64,000 bases of DNA from Syntrophales bacterium (lineage in GTDB: Bacteria; Desulfobacterota; Syntrophia; Syntrophales; UBA2210). The stretch spans positions 736,001 to 800,000 of the forward strand of contig CAXXNF010000001.1 in the NCBI GenBank assembly GCA_963666365.2. The letters run 5' to 3'. Both the position numbers and the translations under genes were made by a program. The first letter of the stretch is position 1; the number at the start of each line of letters is the position of its first letter. The notes beneath the pieces were generated by a model. It worked only from the letters and a program-made list of their open reading frames with translations, ran no database searches and was not told the origin of the DNA. This document shows, one piece after another, positions 57,301-64,000 of the stretch.

Positions 57301-58774
57301 GGAACTTGACAGCCATGTGGCCGATGCGGGTCTGGAAACGCGCATCGAGGCCTTCCTCGATATCGTCAGACGCCATCGTGAGCTGGAAGGCCGGGTGCAC
57401 GTCGCGGCATCCCGGGAAACCTTCACTCCCGCCACGGTGACGGGCGATCACGGCCGGCCGCGGTTTATCGATTCACAGGGGCGGTCATATGCGCTTTCCG
57501 ACGACAGAGTACATGTCCTTTTCCCCTCCATGTGCCGTTTTATTTCGGAGATCGGTTCCGCCGCTTTCCGGGGATTCGGGGTGCGCTCCTCAGCGCTTCC
57601 TCCCGCCGATGATGAAGTGCTCAAGATAGGAAGGGGCCACACCTCCTGCAAGGAATGTCTTCCCCTGCTCCTTACCACCGGGGGGCTTCTGCACTACCTC
57701 GACACAGGGAAGGCCGGTGATGAAAAACTGATCTATTTCATGCCCACGGCTTCGGGACCCTGTCGCTTCGGACAATACTCCCGTTTTCTGTCGGGTTTGA
57801 TTACAAAGCTTCGCATAGAGGACGTGGCGCTTTTCTCGCTTTCCGCGGAAAACAGCTATGCCGGTTTCGGCGGAGAGGGACTTTCGGCGGTGCTCTGGCA
57901 GGGCGTGCTGCTCGCCGACATATTCGAAGAGATCTACTCCGTCCTGCTGACCAATGCCGCCGATACAGGATCTGCCGTTCATGTGTTCGAAGAGTGCTGG
58001 CGAAGGATCATCATGACTGTGGAGAATCCTGCCGAGCGCGACCGCCTGCCGCGGATTCTCGAATCGATCGCCGGCCGGTTGAAGAGCATCCCCGTGGTGC
58101 GTTCACTGCAGGATACGCCCGTCATTCTTCTGGCGGGAGAAATATACGTCCGCCACGACGACCTTTCCCGGCAGTACATCGTGGAAGAGCTTGCAGCCAG
58201 AGGATTTGCCACCAAGGTCGCGTCCCTTGCCGAATGGATTTACTATACCGGATGGTGTGTGCGACGGGGAGTGGCGACGGGGACCCATGGACTGCGCGAA
58301 AGACTGGCCCTTCGCTTCAGAACGGCCTATATGAAAAAGCAGGAAAAAATCATACGGGGGGCGTTAGCCGCGTCGGGACTCTGTTCGTCCGTCTGCGAGG
58401 ACGTCGATCACGTACTGTCCCATACCACCCACCTGATGAAACCCGAGCTGGTGGGCGAGGCCATATTGACCATCGGAACCTCGATCAATGAAGTGCTCGA
58501 TCGATACTGCGGCGTGATCGCCATCGGTCCCTTCGGATGCATGCCCAACCGACTGGCTGAAGCGGTGCTTTCACGAGAAATGAACAGGGAAGGTAAACTG
58601 GCCGCCGGCGCCAACGGCGCCCTGCTGAAGACAGGGGGAGATGCGATAGAAACCCTCCCCTTTATGGCTATTGAAAGCGACGGCAACCGCTTTCCCCAGA
58701 TCATCACCGCCCGCCTTGAGGCCTTTACCCTCCAGGCCTCCAGACTCCACCACCTGATGGGGACACTTCCCTAA
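54344..58774 (+). CDS. Acyl-CoA dehydratase activase-related fusion (two BadF/BcrA-D ATPase domains plus DUF2229-like regions)
   Basis: KCASGTGEF, RCSVFCKSD, GLDVGSTTTK, EIGGQDAK, MNEACSAGTGSFL, TNFSCGPDSF, CKECLP, GPCRFGQY, GPFGCMP. Confidence 0.9.
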   Translation: MTWLGMCVGASTLSMVEIVSESNRRPSVSRVYTEPHHGNPQDLFMRTMEGVEPDRYAGIALTGRSFRHSVNLSSISEPEAVEESLRYVNGPGRPVQAVVSAGGETFILYVLGKDSQISSIQAGNKCASGTGEFFLQQIRRMGLSVDEAVAMAAREDPYRVSGRCSVFCKSDCTHALNKGIPKGRVAGGLCRMMAAKVLEIIKQVPKRDIMIIGGCARNSVMMDCLKGEIEHLRIPEEAPYFEALGAALWASTHETLPFPSQAHLLNGKGSLFYRLPPLAEAESMVEFRESAPGQAQPGDRCILGLDVGSTTTKAVLVRAADNKILASIYLRTEGDPVGASRRCYGALVEDLDDVADRVKIVGLGVTGSGRQIAGLHSMTEGVINEIIAHATGALHFDEEVDTIFEIGGQDAKYTSITNGVASDYAMNEACSAGTGSFLEEAAHETLDVGMEEIADHALRGSSPPNFNDQCAAFISSDIKNAFNEGIGRDDILAGLVYSICMNYTNRVRGNRPAGRKIFMQGGVCYNRAVPLAMATLTGKPIVVPPEPGLIGALGVALEIKRRMALGFMKEQSFSLKALRDRAIDYGKPFICDGGKEKCDRKCEIARIRLEGKTYPFGGACNRWYNLRSNIRVDAESLNRVGHFEKCVFEHGTQQHRTPCSINGDAPSPLKGEGWGEGGKNSKSGTRLPCAEEDGISTAAPTIGINKSFQVNTYFPLYAHFFTRLGYRVILAKEAREEGMDRKSAPFCYPAEIAHGYFFDLLECNPDWLFLPMVRADFVQGGLKEGINCPLSQGEPFYLASAFKDHRVYKRLKTEGRILDPVIDFSKGIEHAETAFIGMARMLGKGRKEGRSAFRQALSIQKEIFRSMEEEGRECLARLEKHPDDFAVVIFGRSYNAFVSEANMGIPNKFASRGIEVIPLPYLPMTEPVGDDDMYWSAGQRILKGARLAAKHRQLFGCYITNFSCGPDSFLVGYFRDIMEKKPSLTLELDSHVADAGLETRIEAFLDIVRRHRELEGRVHVAASRETFTPATVTGDHGRPRFIDSQGRSYALSDDRVHVLFPSMCRFISEIGSAAFRGFGVRSSALPPADDEVLKIGRGHTSCKECLPLLLTTGGLLHYLDTGKAGDEKLIYFMPTASGPCRFGQYSRFLSGLITKLRIEDVALFSLSAENSYAGFGGEGLSAVLWQGVLLADIFEEIYSVLLTNAADTGSAVHVFEECWRRIIMTVENPAERDRLPRILESIAGRLKSIPVVRSLQDTPVILLAGEIYVRHDDLSRQYIVEELAARGFATKVASLAEWIYYTGWCVRRGVATGTHGLRERLALRFRTAYMKKQEKIIRGALAASGLCSSVCEDVDHVLSHTTHLMKPELVGEAILTIGTSINEVLDRYCGVIAIGPFGCMPNRLAEAVLSREMNREGKLAAGANGALLKTGGDAIETLPFMAIESDGNRFPQIITARLEAFTLQASRLHHLMGTLP
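56339..56374. repeat. REP-like palindrome embedded in-frame in the activase gene
   Basis: CCCTCTCCC-TTGAA-GGGAGAGGG-TTGGGGTGAGGGT translates as PSPLKGEGWGEG; its reverse complement resembles 22543-22565. Confidence 0.75.
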
Positions 58775-58780
58775 TTTTGG
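58758..58780. repeat. Single REP hairpin left of the RAYT gene
   Basis: TGGGGACACTTCCCTAATTTTGG, which encodes the final GTLP-stop of the activase. Confidence 0.75.
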
Positions 58781-58805
58781 CGCGTATCTATATATTATAA
58801 CTCAG

Positions 58806-59483
58806 CTATTTCGCTTTTCTTGATTTTTTTCTACGTTCTCTTATAAGCGGTCTTCCTCTTTTCATTGGATGTAGGGAACGGCCCAGATATTGTTCCAGTG
58901 CGGCAACGAATGATTCAGACCCGAGAGGTCTGCCTGACGATGTGGATTTTCTGATCAGTTCATAACTACCCCTGTCTTCATCTCCGGTAATATTTTTAAA
59001 GTCTTGCATGTACGAATGCAACCAAGCCGGGCGTGTTACAATTTCATTCGGTGTACCTGCACTTGACCACTTGTAATCGGACGCTCGTGCCGCTAGATCT
59101 GCGCGCACAGGATTTTCTTCAATGTAGCCGATGACAGTGAGTAGATACTTTTCACTGTCTACAACCGCGGAAAAAAAGCGATTTTGCCAGAGGCGCCCAC
59201 TCCTTCCATATTCTTGATTTATATACCGAGTGTATACGAGGTTCGTCGCCCCGATTCCTCTGGCGAGCGATTCTTCCCTTTTCGGGACTGCGAGCAGATG
59301 CACATGATTAGGCATCAGGCAATAGGCCCAGATTTGAAATTCCCACTTCCGGCTGTAATAACCGAGAGTTTCAAGGTAAAAGCGCCTGTCTTCATTTCGA
59401 AAGAAAACCTGCTCGCGGTTGTTTCCCCTTTGAGTAATGTGGTGGGGATAATCGACTGCACAAATGCGGGCAATTCTCGGCAT
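58806..59483 (-). CDS. REP-associated tyrosine transposase (RAYT; Y1 HUH)
   Basis: MPRIAR..HHITQRGNNR, YCLMPNHVHLL (HUH), GRLWQNRF, YIEENPVRA, YKWSS. Confidence 0.92.
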   Translation of the reverse strand: MPRIARICAVDYPHHITQRGNNREQVFFRNEDRRFYLETLGYYSRKWEFQIWAYCLMPNHVHLLAVPKREESLARGIGATNLVYTRYINQEYGRSGRLWQNRFFSAVVDSEKYLLTVIGYIEENPVRADLAARASDYKWSSAGTPNEIVTRPAWLHSYMQDFKNITGDEDRGSYELIRKSTSSGRPLGSESFVAALEQYLGRSLHPMKRGRPLIRERRKKSRKAK

Positions 59484-59569
59484 GACCAACACCTCCGTTC
59501 TAAAATGTAGTACAGGGAAGAGGAGAGGTGTCGGTTTTACGCGGATAAAAAGTGCGGTACTCCCTGCGA

Positions 59570-59665
59570 TAGGGACATTTCCCTATTTAGTGCCTGCTTA
59601 TTTAAAAGTGGCAATTCATTATACTGTTCAATAAGTTACAGTGCAAAAATAGGGAAGTGTCCCTA
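59570..59665. repeat. REPIN-like element, copy C, upstream of the RAYT gene
   Basis: TAGGGACATTTCCCTATTT...AAAAATAGGGAAGTGTCCCTA; spacer differs from copies A and B. Confidence 0.85.
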
Positions 59666-60457
59666 TTTGAAGTTCGGTTTTCTGCGTTCTTTCTGGGCGC
59701 GGACTCCTTCAAGGACATCGTCGCTTTTGAACACGGGATCGCCGATTTCCGCCTCGCGCTTGAGGGCGTCTACAATGGACATGCCCCGGGTTTCACGGGC
59801 GAGCCTCACCATGCCCCGTACCGCCCGAGGGCCGTTTGCGGCGATCGTTCCCGCCAGCTCCAGGGCCGCATCCATAAGACGGTCGCGCGGGACGAGGCGG
59901 TTGAGAAATCCCCATTCATACAGCTGGGCCGCCGTGAAGTTCTCCGCCGTAAGGATCACTTCGAGGGCCCGTGTGGCGCCGATCTGTCGGGGAAGAAACA
60001 CGTTGGAACCGCTCATGGGCATGATGCCCAGCTTCGCCTCCCGCATCTGGAAAAGGGCGTCCTCCGAGGCCACGCGCAACTCGCAGGCCATGGCCAGTTC
60101 AAATCCCCCGGTGATACAGTAGCCGTGAATTGCGGCGATTACGGGCCGGTCCAGTTCCTTGTATTTGAGAAGCGATTTTCCGAATCCCTCTTCCGAGGCA
60201 AGCCACTTTTCGGCCTCCGTGACGGGGGTTCTGCTTCCGTTCAGGATCGGGATGGAGGTTTTCAGGTCCATACCGGAGCAGAAGATATCAGGCAGGGCGG
60301 AATAGAGGACAACGACCCTGACATCGTGATCATCCTGACATTCCGTCCAGATGCGATAGAGATCCAGAAGGGCGGCGGGACTGAAGGCGTTTTTCGTCTC
60401 CGGGATATTCAGTCCCACCAGCGCAATGTGATCTTTCTTTTCAAAATTGATGCCCAT
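59663..60457 (-). CDS. Enoyl-CoA hydratase/isomerase (crotonase family)
   Basis: FCSGMDL, PVIAAIHGYCITGGFELAMAC, EAKLGIMP, ERRKPNFK. Confidence 0.93.
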   Translation of the reverse strand: MGINFEKKDHIALVGLNIPETKNAFSPAALLDLYRIWTECQDDHDVRVVVLYSALPDIFCSGMDLKTSIPILNGSRTPVTEAEKWLASEEGFGKSLLKYKELDRPVIAAIHGYCITGGFELAMACELRVASEDALFQMREAKLGIMPMSGSNVFLPRQIGATRALEVILTAENFTAAQLYEWGFLNRLVPRDRLMDAALELAGTIAANGPRAVRGMVRLARETRGMSIVDALKREAEIGDPVFKSDDVLEGVRAQKERRKPNFK

Positions 60458-60615
60458 GGTGCCTCCTCGCCACTCCATTTTTATTTCTTGTGCCGCCTAT
60501 AAATATAAATGTCAAGAAAATAGGCCCGTCACCGGTTCTTGAATGTTGAACTTTGTCCGCGTTATATGATAGCGTTATGCACCTTAATAATAATTGTTTG
60601 CAGGCGAGTCTTCCC

Positions 60616-61845
60616 ATGGCCGTATACGAGTACCGGGCGCTCAGCAGTTCGGGCAAAACACTGAAGGGCATTATTGATGCCGAGAGTATGTTCGCGGCGC
60701 GAAGAAAGCTCAGGGAACGGGATGCCTATCCCGTGGAACTGAAGGAAACGTCGGCCCGCGAGGAGCAAGCCGTCCAGACAAAGCGGACCCTGGGAAGCTA
60801 CTTCAAGCAGGTGAGCCAGAGCGAGGTGACCACCATGACGAGGCAGCTTGCCACACTTCTCGGCGCCGGCCTTCCCCTCGTCTCGTCGCTGACCGCCCTG
60901 GTCACGCAGACATCGAACCAGCACCTGAAAAAGACCCTGGCGCAGATCAAGGAAGATGTAAACGAGGGAAACAGCCTTGCCCAGAGTTTATCGCACTACG
61001 GGCGGATCTTTCCCCCCTTTTATGTCAATATGGTCCGTGCCGGCGAGGCTTCGGGCGCGCTCGACATTGTTCTGGAGCGGCTGGCTGACTTTAACGAAAA
61101 GCAGCGGGCGCTGAGGGGGAAAATCCGGGCGGCCCTCACCTATCCCCTCTTCATGTTCTTTATCGGCGGCATGGTCCTCTTTGTGCTCATGGGGTTTATC
61201 GTCCCCAAGATTACCGGCATATTTGCAGAAATGCACCAGACGCTTCCGGCCATCACCCTTTTTCTCATTGCCGTAAGCGGACTGATCAAGTCTTTTTGGC
61301 TGGTGTGTATCATTTTTATGATTGCGCTCTTCGTGACGCTTCGCTATCTGTTTACCAAAACGAAGAGGGGGCAGTACCTGTGGGATCGAATCAAACTTTC
61401 CGTTCCATTCATCGGGTCGCTGATGCACAAGCTGGCTGTCGCCCGTTTCAGCAGGACTCTGGGCACCCTCCTGGGAAGCGGGGTGCCCCTCCTTACCGCC
61501 CTCTCCATTGTGAAAAACGTCGTCGATAACCGGCTCATCGCCGACGCCATCGGAGATGCGGCAAAGGACGTGGAGGAAGGGGGAAGCCTTTCGGCGACTC
61601 TTTCACGGAGCAATCTCTTCCCCCCTCTGGTGATACAAATGATCGCCGTCGGTGAGCAAAGCGGGGCGCTGGAAGCCATGCTGGCGAAAATAGCCGATGG
61701 ATACGAGACGGAGGCCGAATCGAGCATCATGCAGATCATGTCACTGCTTGAACCTATGATGATCCTCATAATGGGGTTTTTTGCAGGATTCGTGGTGATA
61801 TCCATACTGCTTCCCATTTTTGAGATGAATCAACTAGTGCGATGA
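60616..61845 (+). CDS. gspF: Type II secretion inner-membrane protein GspF
   Basis: MAVYEYRAL, TRQLATLLGAGLPL, MVRAGEASG, ALTYP, GEQSG, LLEP. Confidence 0.95.
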   Translation: MAVYEYRALSSSGKTLKGIIDAESMFAARRKLRERDAYPVELKETSAREEQAVQTKRTLGSYFKQVSQSEVTTMTRQLATLLGAGLPLVSSLTALVTQTSNQHLKKTLAQIKEDVNEGNSLAQSLSHYGRIFPPFYVNMVRAGEASGALDIVLERLADFNEKQRALRGKIRAALTYPLFMFFIGGMVLFVLMGFIVPKITGIFAEMHQTLPAITLFLIAVSGLIKSFWLVCIIFMIALFVTLRYLFTKTKRGQYLWDRIKLSVPFIGSLMHKLAVARFSRTLGTLLGSGVPLLTALSIVKNVVDNRLIADAIGDAAKDVEEGGSLSATLSRSNLFPPLVIQMIAVGEQSGALEAMLAKIADGYETEAESSIMQIMSLLEPMMILIMGFFAGFVVISILLPIFEMNQLVR

Positions 61846-61864
61846 ATTATATCAGGAGAACAAA

Positions 61865-62305
61865 ATGAAAAGAAACTACGGCGCAGAGGGTTTCACGCTC
61901 ATCGAGCTGATGGTGGTCATTGTGATTATCGGCATTCTTGCCGGTCTTATTGTACCCCGTATCATGGGAAGGCCCGACGAGGCACGACAGGCAAAGGCAC
62001 GCATGCAGATCGAAAGCCTCGAAACGGCGCTGAAACTGTATCGCCTGGACAATGGAAGTTATCCTACAACGGAACAGGGGCTGCAGGCGCTGGTCGAGGC
62101 GCCTGAGGTGGGAGAGCTTGCAAAAAAGTGGCGCGAGGGCGGCTATCTGGAAAAGGGGAAGGTGCCCAGGGATCCATGGGATAATGAATTTGTCTATCTC
62201 TGCCCGGGCGCCAACGGTGATTTCGATCTCCTCTCCTACGGCGCCGACGGCGAGCAGGGGGGCGAAGGGAAAAACAAGGACATCACCAACTGGGACAGTG
62301 AATAA
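61865..62305 (+). CDS. gspG: Major pseudopilin GspG
   Basis: GFTLIELMVVIVIIGILA, YRLDNGSYPTTEQGLQAL, DPWDNEFVY, SYGADG, DITNW. Confidence 0.96.
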   Translation: MKRNYGAEGFTLIELMVVIVIIGILAGLIVPRIMGRPDEARQAKARMQIESLETALKLYRLDNGSYPTTEQGLQALVEAPEVGELAKKWREGGYLEKGKVPRDPWDNEFVYLCPGANGDFDLLSYGADGEQGGEGKNKDITNWDSE

Positions 62306-62798
62306 CAGAGGCTTCACCCTTATCGAGATCAGTGTCGTCGTGGCCCTGATAGGGTTGATGTTGTCGATCACCGTTCCCACGGTGCGCGATGCCCTGCTGA
62401 CGGACGGGCTGAAAAAAACGGCCAACTATATCATCAACAGCGCCGGAGAGCTTCGGAACAACGCCCTTCGCGAACAGGTGGATTATATTTTACATATCGA
62501 CATAGGCAGCGGGTGCTTCTGGACCAGCAGCGCTGACATGACACCGGAGGCCAAAGCGGAATCCAGGGAAAAGGCCTACTGTGTGCCCCCGGGCGTGAAA
62601 ATCGCCGATTTCTACCGATTCGGTCGGGAAAAGGTCTTCGAGGGAGAGGTGACGATAGGATTTTTCAAGGGTGGGTACCTGGAACCGGCGGTCCTGCATC
62701 TTTCCGAAGGCGTCCGTGCATTCACCGTGGTCTTTGAACCCTTCCTACACAAAGTGACACTCTATGACAGCTACAGAGATATTGAAGCGAAAAACTGA
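62298..62798 (+). CDS. gspH: Minor pseudopilin, GspH-like
   Basis: GTG start overlapping the gspG end; RGFTLIEISVVVALIGLM prepilin motif. Confidence 0.75.
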   Translation: MNNRGFTLIEISVVVALIGLMLSITVPTVRDALLTDGLKKTANYIINSAGELRNNALREQVDYILHIDIGSGCFWTSSADMTPEAKAESREKAYCVPPGVKIADFYRFGREKVFEGEVTIGFFKGGYLEPAVLHLSEGVRAFTVVFEPFLHKVTLYDSYRDIEAKN

Positions 62799-62810
62799 AA
62801 AAAGGAGCAC

Positions 62811-63767
62811 TTGATGAGCGCAAAAGATTTCCCCGCAAAGAGATGGTGGTTCGCCCTTTCCTTTTTTGTCGTCATGTCTGTACTTCCGGCGGTGCGGCAC
62901 GGGGTCGAGGCGGCGGGAAAACCCTGCGGGGAACCGGAACGCACCGATGCATCAGTGGTTGCCCGTTTCGACGGCAGGGTCGTCACGACGAAAGATTTCG
63001 AAACCCGCGTGTCCCACATTGCGTCCCGTCCTGACAAATCTATGAGCGAGCTCGATCAGAAGCGGGGCGCCTTGGAAACGCTGCTGCGCACCTCCCTCTT
63101 CGCCTTGGAGGCAAAGGAGAAAAAGTTCGATCAGGACGAGGCTGTGCGAAAAATGATCCAAGAGGCCGAGGAGGCCATTCTGGCCAACGAGTTCGTAAAA
63201 CGCGTGGCTGCGGAAGACAGGAAGGTGACCGATGAAGAGATTGGAGCGTACTATCGGACCCATGAACAAGAATTTACCCGGTCACCCATGGTGCGTGCCC
63301 GCCACATAATGATAGGCGTCGATCGCTCGGCGCCCCCGGAGAAAATCAGCGCGGCCCGGTCAAAGGCGCAGACCGCCAGGCAGGAACTTTCGGCAGGAGC
63401 GGACTTCATTGATGTGGCAAGAAAATATTCCGACGACGGCGCTACGAAACACCGGGGCGGCGACCTGGGCTATATTACGGAAGGGAGAATGGGCCAGGAG
63501 TTTTTTAATGCCGCCTACGCACTCACACCGGGGGAGTTGAGTGAACCCGTACAAACGGAACAGGGTTTTCACATCATCAAGCTGGAAACGCGAAGAGAGG
63601 GACATCTGCTGCCCCTTGCCTCCGTAAGCGGGCGCATCCGTTCACAGCTTGCCGCCGACAAGGAAAAAAAGACGACCGACAGGCTATATGAAACGTTGAA
63701 AGAAAAGTATCACGTTGATATTCTTGAAGATAACCTCAAACGGGCAAAACTGAAAAAAAGCGGCTGA
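62811..63767 (+). CDS. Exported parvulin/PpiC-type peptidyl-prolyl isomerase (SurA/PrsA-like foldase)
   Basis: Signal peptide; VRARHIMI, ARKYSDD, GGDLG, SEPVQTEQGFHIIKL. Confidence 0.92.
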   Translation: MMSAKDFPAKRWWFALSFFVVMSVLPAVRHGVEAAGKPCGEPERTDASVVARFDGRVVTTKDFETRVSHIASRPDKSMSELDQKRGALETLLRTSLFALEAKEKKFDQDEAVRKMIQEAEEAILANEFVKRVAAEDRKVTDEEIGAYYRTHEQEFTRSPMVRARHIMIGVDRSAPPEKISAARSKAQTARQELSAGADFIDVARKYSDDGATKHRGGDLGYITEGRMGQEFFNAAYALTPGELSEPVQTEQGFHIIKLETRREGHLLPLASVSGRIRSQLAADKEKKTTDRLYETLKEKYHVDILEDNLKRAKLKKSG

Positions 63768-63846
63768 CGATAGTACCTACGTCCCGGTCCGGGACGCACT
63801 ATAAGGTCGCTTCGTCGCCTCATGCCTTGCACTGACATAATAGCCT

Positions 63847-64000
63847 GGCATTGCGAGCAACCGCAGGGAGCGCGGCAATCTCACCTGCAGACTCCTCAGT
63901 GTGGGCGACCACAGGGAGTGTGGCAATCTCGCCAGCCGGTTCGTCAGTGCGAACGAAGGCTGGGAACGCGGTAATCTCACCTGCTTATTCGTCATACCGG
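63847..64000. repeat. Degenerate tandem REP-like units with 48-bp period, running off the window
   Basis: Units start at 63847, 63895, 63943 and apparently 63991, each roughly (G/C)TCA.TGCG...GG(C/T)AATCTC (36 bp) plus 12 bp. Confidence 0.65.

Noticed and set aside
47376..59665. REP doublets as CRISPR repeats or plain terminators
   Set aside because: They are dispersed inverted pairs tied to a RAYT gene rather than a direct-repeat array. They may still act as terminators.
63847..64000. Possible CRISPR array
   Set aside because: The repeats are too degenerate, the 12-bp spacers are too short, and no cas genes are seen.

Overview
This window looks like a Deltaproteobacteria/Desulfobacterota-type chromosome segment (inferred from gene content and repeat style). 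From left to right it contains: (1) a nested IS cluster (IS21 and IS1634 inside an IS1182-like remnant); (2) an AT-richer three-gene minus-strand locus encoding a large Ig/LamG/alpha-alpha-barrel exported protein, a signal-peptide-bearing RHS protein with an apparently inactive transglutaminase-like N-terminus and an unrecognised C-terminal tip, and a membrane-anchored putative immunity protein; (3) housekeeping genes (gldA, RluA, nitroreductase, MscS, YcbB/YcbK, cold-shock protein, PEPCK-like, YjbQ, acyl-CoA enzymes); and (4) a type II secretion system split into three blocks (gspKLM; gspN-C-A-B/TPR-D-E; gspFGH plus a PPIase). Four large exported proteins lie among or near the gsp blocks and all end in the same duplicated dockerin-like motif: a MORN/CARDB protein, a C10 protease, an S8 protease with a secretin-N0/STN-like N-terminus, and a 7-bladed SBBP protein. 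A REP-associated tyrosine transposase is present with a likely cognate 16-bp hairpin (TAGGGA-CACT-TCCCTA) that supplies the stop codons of four genes. Other oddities are a solute-binding protein fused to a catalytically dead cytidine deaminase, a palindrome translated in-frame inside an enzyme, a MITE inserted at the gspN start codon, and five +1 homopolymer frameshifts in 25.7-33 kb that are probably sequencing errors. All family calls come from motif recognition by eye; no database searches were run.
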